Assembly (NCBI RefSeq): GCF_006345805.1
Contig: NC_043007.1
Location: forward strand, 64,542,001-64,606,000
DNA length: 64,000 bases
Direction: 5' to 3'
Source: Octopus sinensis
Taxonomy: Eukaryota
In this document: piece after piece, positions 38,313 through 51,077 of the stretch
Numbering within the stretch: position 1 is the stretch's first letter
Layout of the letters: each line of letters opens with the position of its first letter
Translations under genes and position numbers: made by a program
Notes under the pieces: generated by a model
What the model was told of the DNA's origin: nothing
Seen by the model: the letters and a program-made list of their open reading frames with translations, nothing else
Databases searched by the model: none

Positions 38313-39330
38313 CAGGGTGTGGTGAAAAAATTGACATCTAAATTACACAAAAATGAAAACAACACTGACATCTCATTTTAAGAGATATAGTTACCAAAGT
38401 TACATAAAAATATTTTGAAATACTAAAGAGTAAAATTATTCAATGAAATCGCCATTGGTTTTGACCACAACTTCCAGATGACTTCAGAATCTCCTGCAAC
38501 TTTCTGGACAGTCTCCTTGTTTAAGTTGGTGAATGCTGCCATAACCCTTGCCTTCTGTTCATCTTTGGTGTTACAAGGAGTTTTGTTGGTCTCAACTGTG
38601 CCCCATACATAATAATCAATGAGTCTGAGGCTGTGTGGGAAAATCAATGGAGGCATAATGTCACCATTACTAATGATCACTCCAAACACCATAATGTTGA
38701 CTGGGTGTTTGACTTTTATCACTCCCAGTACATGTTTTGGGGACACAGCAAGTCAACAGTTCTTCTGTGTGTTCATCATCTGATCCTGGCAGAAATTTTT
38801 CTCATCTGAGAAAAATGAAAGCACGTTCAGTTGGAGGGGATGCTTGAGTTTGCTCAAAAGCTTCATAGCACAGTTTTTCCTCTTGTCCTTGATGGCTTGT
38901 GATAAAAATTGGCCCTTTCTCATCTTGTATGAGGAATACCGAATGTCTTCAAGCACTATCTGCCTGATAAGAAACTCAGACACTCCCATGTCCCTGGCAA
39001 TGGACCTGACTGACTTGGAAGGATTGTTGTCAATCATGGCCTGCATCTCACCCTTTTCTTATCAGAATGACCAGAGTAAGTTTTCTGAACTGCTATACCT
39101 CTGTAATCACCCATTAGACTCTTTCTGAATCCCCTGCACTGTCCTCAGATTGACACCCAAACACTCTGAAATGTTCGTATTGGAGCTTCTAGTATGAATG
39201 TCAAGCAGTACAGCATGTCATTTACAAATTTCTGGCAGAGTGAATTAGGGTTAGGGTAGCCTTAATACACAAGGAATTTTTATCCATCAATGTAGTGTTG
39301 AGCACTAATTTTGATTGTTTGATATTTACG
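38313..39330 (-). mobile_element. Tc1/mariner-superfamily element, DD37D (maT)-like, internally deleted
   Basis: TA|CAGGGTGTGG terminus. ORFs FFSDEKNFCQDQ, KHPVNIMVFGVI and DYYVWGTVETNKTPCNTKDE. The other TIR was not recognised. Confidence 0.8.
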
Positions 39331-40292
39331 TATATATATATATATATATATATATTTATTGAAATGGATAAATGAATTATCTTGTTACGGATTATTCAAA
39401 TTATAACCGATACCTGGGTAGCAAAAATCACAACAGAAAAATCACGGTTGAGGTTACGACCATGGGGTCTCAAAACCGTGCCTTAGTGTGGAAATTTGAA
39501 ATGGAGCTGAACGAAGATTTTACAAAGTTCCTTTTTATTATTTTCTACATATGTTTCAAAGGCTGCAAGGTTCAGCTCCATTTCTTCCCTCACTAAATAT
39601 ATATATATATATATATATATATACTGAAACATGTGTAGTGCTGCTTGAGCTGTTTATTTTTATATATACATATATGTTTTATATAAAAAGGAAACAAGCT
39701 TCCTCTTTCTCAAACACACAAATTTTGCTCAACAAATTATATTAATCAGTCCATATTGAATTTGCTTCAATCATTCCATATTTGTTATCTGAAATTTGAG
39801 GAATACAATCCTAGTGAATGATTTTCTGTCAAAGTAACCATTCAACACTTTGGTTCATAACTTTTGAAAAACAAACCATTAGAATCTTCATACATATTTT
39901 CCATGCATGCAGTATCCATTTCTTTGGGGTAAAATATTGGAAAATCGGAAGTGACAAACAGCAAAGAAAAACTTCCAGTTGAGGAAACCTTGATCTATCT
40001 TTAAAGTAGGTGGCAATGATCTAAAATCCAGACTCATGAAGTACTATGGGATGTATACTGAATTAGAGTTGCACATATAAAACAGATTAGGCTGGTTTAA
40101 GCATACTTCTATGCTCATTAATGTATACATAATGGATGTAGTACAAAATATTAGTTGTTACCTCTTGTGTGTTTAAATGCATACCCCCCCCATCCACACA
40201 CACACACGTACATGCAAATAACAAAAAAATAGATAGTTTGAGAAAGAGAGATTTAATTAAAGAGGAAAATCTTAATAGAAGAGAATACTTAC

Positions 40293-40404
40293 CCTTCATG
40301 TCCACAACATTAGATGCACTTGAACTTGGACAAAGAAAGGGATTATTCGCATAATTCTTCTTTTTAGCGGTTTCACAATCGGAACCACCACTACTAATGG
40401 ATTC
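40293..40404 (-). CDS. Nav1: Nav1 exon, I-II linker (112 nt, phase 0-1); not in the ORF track
   Basis: Acceptor aatcttttag|GAA, donor ATG AAG G|gtaagt. Translates ESISSGGSDCETAKKKNYANNPFLCPSSSASNVVDMK(D), matching the para-family NPF...VVDMKD motif. Phase fits both neighbours. Confidence 0.92.
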
Positions 40405-40894
40405 CTAAAAGATTAATGTAATGAAATAGAGAAAAAAATTGATTAAAACAACTAAAGACAGTGATTTGCAATCAAGTAATTAAAAGTATAATACAAATTA
40501 CACAATTATTATTTGTAAACTATCATTTATTTTTGAAAGTTTCATATTTTTCATGACCAGAAATATATTTGTGTGATGAATGGAAGACCACTTTACTAAG
40601 AACTTAGCATGATTTACTTTACGCTTTCCTCCTCTATCTTGTGAGATGAAATCTAGCCAAAGATCATTTTGATTGCACTACAATAGGATTTATAAAACAA
40701 GTACGAAGTGGCTGATTTTTATTGACTATTGACTATTGAAAATTAGTGCTCAACACTACATTTGTAACCATGTGCAAGAAAAAGAAAGTATCAGTAACTT
40801 ACAACACCTTTTGAAAAAGATATACTAAATAATGAAACAGGAACTAGAAATCTGATGTTCTATCCTTTCAATAATAATAATAATAATAATAATA

Positions 40895-40929
<35 letters not shown>

Positions 40930-40936
40930 AATTATA

Positions 40937-40968
<32 letters not shown>

Positions 40969-41149
40969 CCACATCATCATCATCATGGCAATGACAATGG
41001 CAACAACAATGATGACAATGAAAAAGAAGATACAAAAAGTGATTATAAAGTGTGTGTTGGGAGGTTTACATGGAATTGAGTTAAAAATAAAAACCTTTGA
41101 AATGTAAGCATCGAAAGTGTGTACACATACACACGAAAAGTAAGTATAC

Positions 41150-42870
41150 ATAGTATATAGTATTAAAAAAAGATGATGATGAACCCTACTGATACAAGAA
41201 AACATCTCGGTCTTTGCTTCATCTAGGACTTGAGCTCCATCAAGGATTTGAGCTGTAGAAAAAAGTGCCTCATGACTCTGTAGATGGTATAGTCTCAGTA
41301 TGTTTCTCAGCAGCTAAAGTATGCCTGACTTACTATGCAGAGGGTGCTAGCAGCAGATGGACCACCTGACCTGTGAAATACATCTCTTCCACAAGAAACC
41401 AGACAACAGATTCTCCAGCATGGGGCAATGCATAACTGTCAGGTGGTAAATAATAATGAGAGGTGATATAGGCATTCACCGTCTCTGCCTAACCTTTTAG
41501 AGATAGCTTCCTTGTATCCCATTTCTGTGTAAGATTGGCTGCCCACTTTGTCACTTTATCCCAGTTCTATTTTACCTAGAGTTCAGGTCTGTCTAAACCC
41601 AAACCCAAGCAGTTTAACCAGTCTATCCGTCCAGTATCCATAATGCCATCTGATGACATTGACCTGCCTCTCCAGGTGCCAAACTTCAATTCCAATGACT
41701 TGTTCAGGTTGATCTTGGCTCTTACCACTGTTTCCAATTCCTTTAGAATGGAGCCAACTGTCTCTACTTTGATGGCATCTAACATTATGGGGATGTCATT
41801 AGCATAAACTATTATGATCCTCCTGAGACCCAATTCAAAAGAGATGCCCCTCAACTGTTTTAATTTCCACAGCAGTGGCTTCAGAGCCAGCATGTACAGA
41901 AGAGGCAAGAGAGGGAGTCCCAGTCAGACTGAGCATGCGATGCAAAATAGTCCAGAGTAGTATACTCTTACTTTGACAACTGTTCAAATGTTGCAGTGCA
42001 TTGAAGTGATCCAGTTTCTGAAAACAGATTCAAACCTGGCTGATTTAATGACAGCTTCCAAGTAATGATGCTCAAATCTATCAAATGCTTTTGACCAATC
42101 CAAACTGATTAGGACCCCACCAAAGCCAATATTGTTCCCAATTCTCTCTATCATGCATTGCATAATATGGAGGTTGTCATGGATTGACCTGTTTGGGACT
42201 GCACATGTTTACACTCCTCCAACCAGACTACTGATGATACCTTGACCAAAATCATAAACTCTGTGTTTAGCAGAGTTATAGGTGTTACCCCTCCCCAACT
42301 CACAGCACTAGGAATTCTCCTAGATACCTGTTGCAGTGGACACCTGCTAAGAATTCATCAAACAAGTCTGATATGGACTCAGAGAATTTATAGGGGAAAC
42401 TTTCCAAACCAGGTAATTTTTTATTTGTGCAACTACTCATTGCCATCTGTACTTCAGTAGTTGTTATTAGCTTTCTGCAGAACCTCATGTATTCTGGTGA
42501 GAGCTGCAGTAGGCAGTCAAGAGAAGAATTAAAATCCACTGCTGTCTCTGACCCATTGCTTGCCCCAAAGTTAGTCAAAGTGTTGCTGGAAAGTTCATAC
42601 ATCTCAGAACTGAGTAGCGTGCACTTGTTTCAAACTGTCAAAGATCTAATTGTGGTTTTGTTGCTGTGTTGTGCCTCCATTTCTGAAGCCCATCAGACAG
42701 CTTTTTGTTCCTTTATGCTTTAGCACAAGGGCCTAAGCTTTGACAATGTTTCCTGTCACAGAAATGGTCAAGGGCCATTCTTGCAGCTAGTATATTGGTT
42801 GCGATGTTTTTAACAATTGCTTCTTGATTGCTAACTAGTTATCTCCCAATCTATTTCTCTGTTACTAGCA
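41150..42870 (-). mobile_element. Tx1/L1-group LINE, decayed ORF2 (RT region)
   Basis: Minus strand GVLISLDWSKAFDRF, PLLYMLALKPLLWKL...YANDI, SSCTNKKLPGLESFPYKF. Edges approximate. Confidence 0.8.
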
Positions 42871-43239
42871 CTTTTCTAAACACAATAAATTATGATATAA
42901 TTGTCTATTTCAAAGCACCTCACAAGTGACAATTACTCCTGTCAACTGCCAATTGATTAATTTACTAATCCAGTCCCTGCAGTTTTTGTATGCTGATAAG
43001 GGCACATTTAACTTCCAGTAACTGGAACTGCCTATATATCCTATTTATGTTGATTGAGAAGATACAGAGTTATGGTCTGTGTAGCTAGCTAGCTTCAACT
43101 GTGAACATCCAATGCCATTCCTATCTACACGTCTAATAGACACTCTATCTAGATATGATCTGGATGACCCACTATGGTTGATCCATGTCCACACTGGCAC
43201 ATAAGGGAAATCCATAATGATAATGATGAAAATGATGAC

Positions 43240-43287
<48 letters not shown>

Positions 43288-43298
43288 AATAATAGTAA

Positions 43299-43510
43299 TG
43301 TTTCCAATTTGTGTACAAAACCAGCAATTTTGATGGGAAGGGTTTATTTTATATCACAAACACATTATTTGACTGGTATTTTATAGTCCCTGAAAGGATT
43401 AATTGTAAAGTTGACCTAGGCAGGAACTAAACTCAGAATGTAAAGTGCTGGAAGAAATATTGCAAGGTTTCTTTCTGATACTCTAACAATTTTGCAAATT
43501 CACCACCCTA
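43299..43510 (-). mobile_element. Decayed (AAT)n-associated SINE
   Basis: ccctgaaaggattaattgtaaagttgacc...aactcagaatgtaaag...caccaccctaataataat. Confidence 0.65.
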
Positions 43511-43799
43511 ATAATAATGACTATAACAAGCAATAATAATTTTCTGTATTACATTTTCTATTTTACAAGGTTTGAGATAGGGTGGGGGTTAGCAGCTTAA
43601 TGAATTACATTGATCCCAGTACTTAAGTGGTATTTTATTTTATTGATTTACCTCATTGACAAATGTCATAAATTTGAGGGAAAGCAGAATCAATTCAATT
43701 GATTCTCAGTAATGACTAGAATTTATTTGATCACTTCTGAAACAATGAAAGACAAACATAACCAGGGCAGACTTTGAACACAGAAAGTAAAAGTGTTGC

Positions 43800-44355
43800 A
43801 AGATATTGGTTCACTGCTTGAGCTATTCTGCAGTTGTTTCATCTGCAGGGAAGGTGATGGCCTCAGTTTTTGGGATACAAAAGGCATTGTGTTTATTGAC
43901 TATCTTCAAAAGGGCCATACCATCAACAGAGAGTACTATGTCAACTTGCTGAAAGGCTATCAAAACCAAATGCCTAGAAAAATTGATGAAAGGGGTCTTG
44001 TTTCATCAGGACAATGCTCTAGCACACAAGTGCTTGCTTTCAATGACTGCTGTGTATGACTGTGGCTTTGAACTGGTTGATCACCCTTCCTATTCTCTTG
44101 ATTTGACTCCATGTGACTATCATCTATTCCCCAACATGGAAAACATACTTGGCTGGGTACCATATTGCAGTGATACTGACATCATATTCACTTGATGACA
44201 CAATAAAAACTTCTTCACCAATAGTATCCAAGCACTGTAACACTAATGGAAGACATTTGTGGACAACAGGGGCGACTATGTTGAAAAATAAACTCACTTG
44301 GTTACATTCCATGAGAGTGTCTTGGTCAGCCTATGAACTTTTCAGCTGACCTTCA
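43800..44355 (+). mobile_element. Mariner transposon, 3' half
   Basis: GKVMASVFW-DTKGIVFIDYLQKGHTINREYY, FHQDNALAH (second Asp), HPSYSLDLTPCDYHLF (YSPDLAP motif, third Asp). Terminal ...ttttcagctgaccttca|TA. Confidence 0.9.
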
Positions 44356-44374
44356 TATATGTAAATATATTGAG

Positions 44375-44590
44375 AAAAAAGTTAGGCACAAGAGGAATTA
44401 GATGTAGCATGCAAGGGAGAAGCCTGTGATAGTTTGGTCATGTGATGTGTATGGAACATGTGAAAGAGGGAGTTCCAGGAAGACATGGGATGAAGTTGTG
44501 AGGGCTGATCTCAAAATGTTGACTCTCATGGAGGAGATGACAATAGACCAGGATGTCTGGTGATATCATTTACTAGAAGACCAGTCAATC
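44375..44590 (+). mobile_element. RTE LINE C-terminal fragment
   Basis: gaaaaaagttaggcacaagaggaattagatg...ggaagacatgggatgaagttgtg aligns with 12855-13030 and 28080-28260. Confidence 0.7.
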
Positions 44591-45696
44591 TCAGTAAAAG
44601 TGAGTTCTAGAAGTATTGCTTATCATGTGCTTTCCACTCACATGTTACAGTTATTCCTCCCCACCTGATGAACCAAACTACCTCTCATCATGCAATATGC
44701 AAAGCTCTACCTTTCTGCTCCATCAGCTTAACCTCATCTTGTCATCTCTCTGTCTTGTCCTTCTCCCCCTGTCAACTGTATCATCACTATCCTGTTGCTC
44801 CCTCCACCTACTCTCTTCTACATTTCTATCCTTCCTTACTCATGACTCATCAGTCATCACCTTTCTACCCTACCCAACCTAATTTCTTTTACAGTCACAG
44901 GCTGCCTCCCTATTCACTCATTCCCTGCCTTCCATACAATCTTGCAATAGCTCCAAAGTTAGGCTCCAAAGCAGTACTTCACCTGAAGAGGGCTATGCTT
45001 TCAATTTGGTGGGATTGGAAGGATGCTGTCTTTATTCTACTTACCTCATGCCTTGACAGGCCATCTAAACACCTCATCTCCTATCTATCTCTTTGCAGTT
45101 CCAACTGAACTTTCTCTCCCTTTCCTATTAATGTGAGTAACCATGCATCTCTTCTATAAGAACCTGCTCTGCCATCACCCTTCTTTCACACTCAAACCTC
45201 TCATCTCTGTGCCACAAAAATAGCATCCAGTACACTCTGTAAAGTGGTTGGCATTAGGAAGGGCATCCAACTATAGAAATCATGCCAAAGGTGACACTGA
45301 AAGTGGATGCAGCCCTCAAATCCTGTTGAACTATCCAACCAATGACAGCATAGAAGATGGACATTATACCTACATACATACACACATACACACATGCACA
45401 CACATACGTTCATGTGTAGGTGTATGATAAAAGTTTGTTTCTCAACCACATGGTTCTTGGTTCAATCTCACTGCATGGCATCTTTGCCAATTGTTTTCTA
45501 GCTATAGCCCTGATCTAATCAAAGCCTTGTGAGTAGATTTGGCTGATGGAAATTGAAATAAGCCTATCACATATATGTGTGTGTGTGTTTATGTCTTTAG
45601 CTGGGCAACCAACTATTTTATTCACCTCAAAAGGATAAAAAGCAAAATCGACTTTCACAACATCTGAATTCAGAATGTAAAGAGCTGGAAAAATAA

Positions 45697-45890
45697 TTCT
45701 TTCTACTATAGGTACAAGGCCTGAAAGTTTGGGGAATGTGGCTAGCCAATTACTTCAACCCCAGCATTTGATTGGTACTTCTTTTTTCTAACCCTGAAAG
45801 TTGACTTGGAGAAATTTGAATTCAGAAGTTAAGCTGGAAGAAATACCACTATTTTCTCTGGAATGTTGATGAGTCTGCCAGCTCACCACC

Positions 45891-45892
<2 letters not shown>
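45697..45892 (-). mobile_element. (AAT)n-associated SINE
   Basis: Same family as 31279, 31521 and 35334. Confidence 0.75.
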
Positions 45893-45924
<32 letters not shown>

Positions 45925-45943
45925 TATGATGATGATGACGATG

Positions 45944-45998
<55 letters not shown>

Positions 45999-46140
45999 CA
46001 ACAACGAAAATGACAACAACAACAACAACAATAGTTATAATAATAACAATAATAATAAATGCCCTAATGCAGTACCAAGCAGTGTCTCTCATGGTTTATG
46101 ATTTTTAACTGATTGGAAGTGTTATCATGTACATGTTTTA

Positions 46141-46590
46141 TCTTGGTGTAAAAGATGGGATACACCATAGAATTGCTTGTCAGTTGCTTGACCTTAACCA
46201 GTTGAGCATGTCCCTTAGTGGTTGGCAATATATGCAGCTCTTATCATGAGTAATGGGGGAGCATTATAACCATGTGGTGGGAGGAATTCTTTGGGGTTTG
46301 AATAATTCACCTCTGGAAACTTGGGTGTTTTGTTCATCATCCTTAAACAAACCTTATTCAGGGACCTTTTGAGTGGAATAGGCTACTTGACCTGATGAAA
46401 ATTCTAAGTGTGCCCAACCAGCAAGGTCATGCACTGCTTGTCTTGATATGAGATCCCTATGTTGTGCATATATGGTTGTGATGCATGTGCCTGGTGTACC
46501 CTTATCAGACAGGTAGTCAAGATAAGTATGTTGGGCTTCCTATATTTGTACCCTAGTGTCACTTTGATGCCATGCACTTCTCTCTCACTC
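46141..46590. repeat. Unclassified ~450-bp interspersed repeat, copy A, embedded in (AAT)n
   Basis: tcttggtgtaaaagatgg...ctctctcactc|aataataat; colinear with copy B. May extend upstream to 46059. Confidence 0.85.
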
Positions 46591-46600
46591 AATAATAATG

Positions 46601-46656
<56 letters not shown>

Positions 46657-46658
46657 TG

Positions 46659-47129
46659 TCTTGGTATAAAAGATGGGCTACAGCAAATATTCTGCTCAAT
46701 ACCACAGATTTGCTTGTCAGTTGTTTGACCTTAACCAGTTGAGCATGTCCCTTGGTGGCTGATGATATGTGTATCTCTGATCACGAGCAGAAGTAGTGGG
46801 GGAGCATCACAGCCATGTGTTGAGAGGAATTCTTTGGGGTTTGAATAATTCAACTCTTGAAGCATGGGTGTTTCGTTCAACATCCTTAAACAACCCTTAT
46901 CCAGGGACCTTTTGAGCGGGATGGGCTACTCGACCAGAAGAAAATTCTAACTGGGCCCCACCTGCAAGGTCCTGTGCTGTTTATCTTGATATGAGATCAC
47001 GTCGCACATATATGGTTGTGATGCATGTAACTGGTGTACCCTTATCAGATAGGAAGTCATGATGGGTATACTGGGTTTTGTATATTTTACCCCAGTGTCA
47101 CTTTGATGGTAACCACTGCTCTCTCACTC
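46659..47129. repeat. Unclassified ~470-bp interspersed repeat, copy B, embedded in (AAT)n
   Basis: tcttggtataaaagatgg...ctctctcactc|aataataat. Confidence 0.85.
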
Positions 47130-47187
<58 letters not shown>

Positions 47188-47216
47188 CAACAACAACAAC
47201 AACAACACTAATAATA

Positions 47217-47261
<45 letters not shown>

Positions 47262-47670
47262 GATTCTAATTTAGGCACAGGCCAGAAGTTTTATGACTAA
47301 GGGACTAGTGACTCCAATACTTAACCGCTACATTATTTTATTGACCCCAAAAGGATGAGAAGAAAATGTCAACACTGGCAAGATTTTAACTCAAAACATA
47401 AAGAGCTAGAACAAACACTGCAAATGCAAAACTGCTTTAAGGCACTACACTTTCAGTTTGTAGGAAATGAAACCTTTTTTAAATGCATTTGTAAAATGAT
47501 TAAGTGACTTAATTTATTGAATGACATTTCATGAACATGATATTATAATAACAGCATTAATGATAAACATTTCTTAAACTGGCATAAATCCTGATGTTCT
47601 CACGAATATGAGAAAAGTAAGAGACTTAACATTTATTCTCCAGCCACCTCAATGTGAATGAAAGAACAAT

Positions 47671-48062
47671 TTTTATGGTTTAGTTCCTTCAATCATTGGA
47701 CTGTGGCCAGATAACAGCACCACCATAAAGAGTTTTGTTGAACAAATTGACCCTAGTATTTACATTTTAGCCTAGTGCTTACTCTATTGTTGTCTTTTGC
47801 CAAATTGGATGTAAACAGTCCAAAGGATGTAAACAGTCCAACACTGGTTGTCAAGAAGTGGTGAGGGACAAACACAAACACACACACACATGTATAGATT
47901 TGGTGGGTTTCTTTTGGTTTCTATTTACCAGATTCATTCGCAAGGCTTTGGCCAGCCTGAAGTTATAGTAGAAGACTTTCTCCCAAGGTGCCACACAGTC
48001 AGACTGAACTCAAAACTGTGTGGTTAGGAAGCAAGCTTCTTACCACACAGCTGTACATATGC
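47671..48062 (-). mobile_element. tRNA-derived SINE with CORE-like segment
   Basis: Reverse complement of the family at 56613-57023 (ggcaccttgggagaaagtcttctactataac). Confidence 0.7.
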
Positions 48063-48711
48063 CATGTTTAATTTATCTTGCCCATAATTTAAATTCTTGA
48101 ATGAAATGGTCTTTTCTCTTTTTGAAAATGTGGGAAGAGGATAGTAAGTGAAGTCAATAACAACTGTATGAAACTTCTCAGCTTTGAGTGGGAAGACAGT
48201 TGTGCCTTTTTTTCCGGGGGGTGGGGGTGTTTCAGTCCCAAATAAGAATAACAAGTGTGTTACAGGGTACCATTTTCATTGTACACTTGTAGACAACATA
48301 GGGTATCTGGAATGAGCCAGTTAGAGAGCCTATCTCATCTTACTGTCATAAAAACAGGATACAAAGGAAAATGTAATCCAAGGAAATCTACACCCCAAAA
48401 AATAAGATGGTCATAGCTGGAATCCTTTGACCATCGGTTTGCTCAATCAGGATTGACTCAGGACTGAACAACAGCAACGGAATCTTGTAATGTCTGAATC
48501 AAAGTAGCCCTTCCACAAAATCCTCAAGAATTTAGGTTTTTGTGGATAAGGCTTTCAATTTCCTTTTCTCCAAGAAGGCCTGGTTGTGTGGTTAAGAAGT
48601 TTAGTTCTAGGTTTGATCCTACTGCATGGCACCCTGGTTAAATGCCTTCTCTAATGGACTCAAGTTGACCAATCTAGTGAGTAAAATTTGGGAGATACAA
48701 GCCATGTAGAT

Positions 48712-48910
48712 CATCATCATCATCATCATCACCAGTCATCTGTTTCCTATGCAGGATGGGTTGGACGATTTAACAAGAGCTGGCAAGCCAGAGGACTACA
48801 CCAAGCTATTATCAGCTTTGACATGGTTTCCACAGCTGGATGTCCTTCATAACACCAACTACTTTATAGAGAGAACTGGATGTCTTCTACATGGTACCAG
48901 CACCAGCATG
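48712..48910 (-). mobile_element. Short element with RTE-type 3' tail
   Basis: (ATC)n followed by the reverse complement of the RTE 3' UTR (ggtttccacagctggatgtccttc). Confidence 0.7.
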
Positions 48911-49037
48911 GTCACCAAGTAACTCAGCCAAGGTAGGGAGTTGTACCAAGGGAGGTAGCTTTGAGTCAGGTAATGAGAGGTTAAACTATGATAGAGAGAC
49001 AGAAACAGGGGCCTTACTGTAGAGAAGATATATGTTT

Positions 49038-49097
<60 letters not shown>

Positions 49098-50302
49098 ATA
49101 ATGTGGCATAGAAACAAATGGAACATCTGTTAGAGAACGAGATCCTTTATATTACAATCATACTTATTAAAATTTTATAGTTTATCCTTGCAAGGTTAAA
49201 ATTGCATGTTGACATTATTTGTTGTTGTTGTTGTTGTTGTTATTAGTCTTCTATAAACTATTTGACCAAAGACTTGAAGTTAGAAGTTAGTAATATTATC
49301 CCAATTAGATAGATATATTAAAAGGGTTGTATACTTATTTATTATGAAAATAATCTTTTAATAGAATTCATTTGTTCTTATTTACATGTCAATAGAACTA
49401 CATCAAATATAATGGAATATTGACTTCTTAGTTAGGTACAAAGTGTTTGATAAATAATAGGGAGCATGATTAATAGATTTAATCTTTGATGATTATTGAC
49501 TTTTTAAATATAAAGAATAAGGTTAATCCTAACAGAATGTGAATGCAGAAATAGGGAATACAGAAATTACTACAGTAAAACATGGTTAAATCCTTTATTA
49601 TTTTTACCAAGATGGTCAGAGATAGAATGAGTTAATTTAAAAAAAAAATTAACATTATGGTTTTGATAAAATGAATGAAAGATAAATTCATTTGTGAACT
49701 TTGAGATGTGAAGTTTAAACAATATATTTTTAGTTCGTTTAAGGCTACTCAATACAATTTCATTAAGAAAAGCTTGCAGCTTACAGATACCCATATCCAT
49801 ATAGAAAATAAATATTCTAGAATAGTTTTAAGAAGCTTGATTGAAAAATGTATGTAAAACTTCAAATATATTTTTTTGGGGAAAAATTCCTTTAAAGGAG
49901 GTAAGAGGTAAATTAGCCTATCATGGAATGCAAAGCAATGTAACTAAATAGAGAAAAATCCTCCTCAGATTTGAATTCTACTCAATGAGAAATGAATCAG
50001 GCTTAATAGAAGTATCCTGTGTCGTGAATAAATTCATCAAAAATAAAAGGAGACTAACAATGCCATGATAAAGAAATAATTCAAAAGTCTAGGACTATGA
50101 AGCAAAATTGTTAGGTATGGCTGATGAGAAACAGGTAGTGATAAAATAAAATTTTAATAAATGAAATGTTTAAGCATGAAAATGTTAAAATGAAGATTTC
50201 TTTCTCGAATAAAATAGAAAAACTATTGATTTTGTGGTCAAGATTTTTCTTTCTTTGGAATATAAACTTTGCATAAATAAATAATACAATATGAGAGGAT
50301 GA

Positions 50303-50346
<44 letters not shown>

Positions 50347-50942
50347 TAATATCACATAGCCATTAAATATTATACAAATGTGAATCTATAGCAAAATACT
50401 GTTTAATTTTATGGGTGTTTACCTCAGATAACATCGGAAAGCACTTTTGTGAAATAAGTAGTGTAAAAGAAATGAAAATATATAAACAGAATTGTTAAAA
50501 ATTTAATTGAATTACAATTCTGTAATTATCATGAAACATTCTTTTGTTTTATTCTATATATTATTTTTCACAAAAGCAATACTTAAGTTAATTATAAAGA
50601 TAAAATATGAAAGTTTTGGGCGTGCTTAACCATGATAAATCAAGTTCATAGATGCAGAAGCATGTATATTCAGATAATGTAAGCATTAAGTACATTTTAT
50701 ATGGCTGCTGGAGTGACATACAGACACACATAATTATATATCATAAACATGAAACAATATGATGAGTATGTTAACATAAATTAGAGATGTACAGAAATTA
50801 GATACCTTACACTATCATTTTATACATATTCTCAAGCATACATAAATTACATATACAGTATATATTAAATATAAATGCATAACATTTTTTCACTACATAT
50901 TACAAATGTAATAAATAAGCAGACATACTCACACCCACACAA

Positions 50943-50948
<6 letters not shown>

Positions 50949-51030
<82 letters not shown>

Positions 51031-51031
51031 C

Positions 51032-51072
<41 letters not shown>
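50949..51072. repeat. (TA)n microsatellite, representative of many
   Basis: Direct observation. Other arrays: (TA)n 2340-2483, 28945-29000, 55199-55252, 60689-60830; (CA)n 5287-5342, 35884-35960, 54698-54750; (AG)n 49040-49095, 61634-61690; (TATG)n 63347-63450; (AAT)n/(GAT)n 40870-40970. Confidence 0.98.
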
Positions 51073-51077
<5 letters not shown>

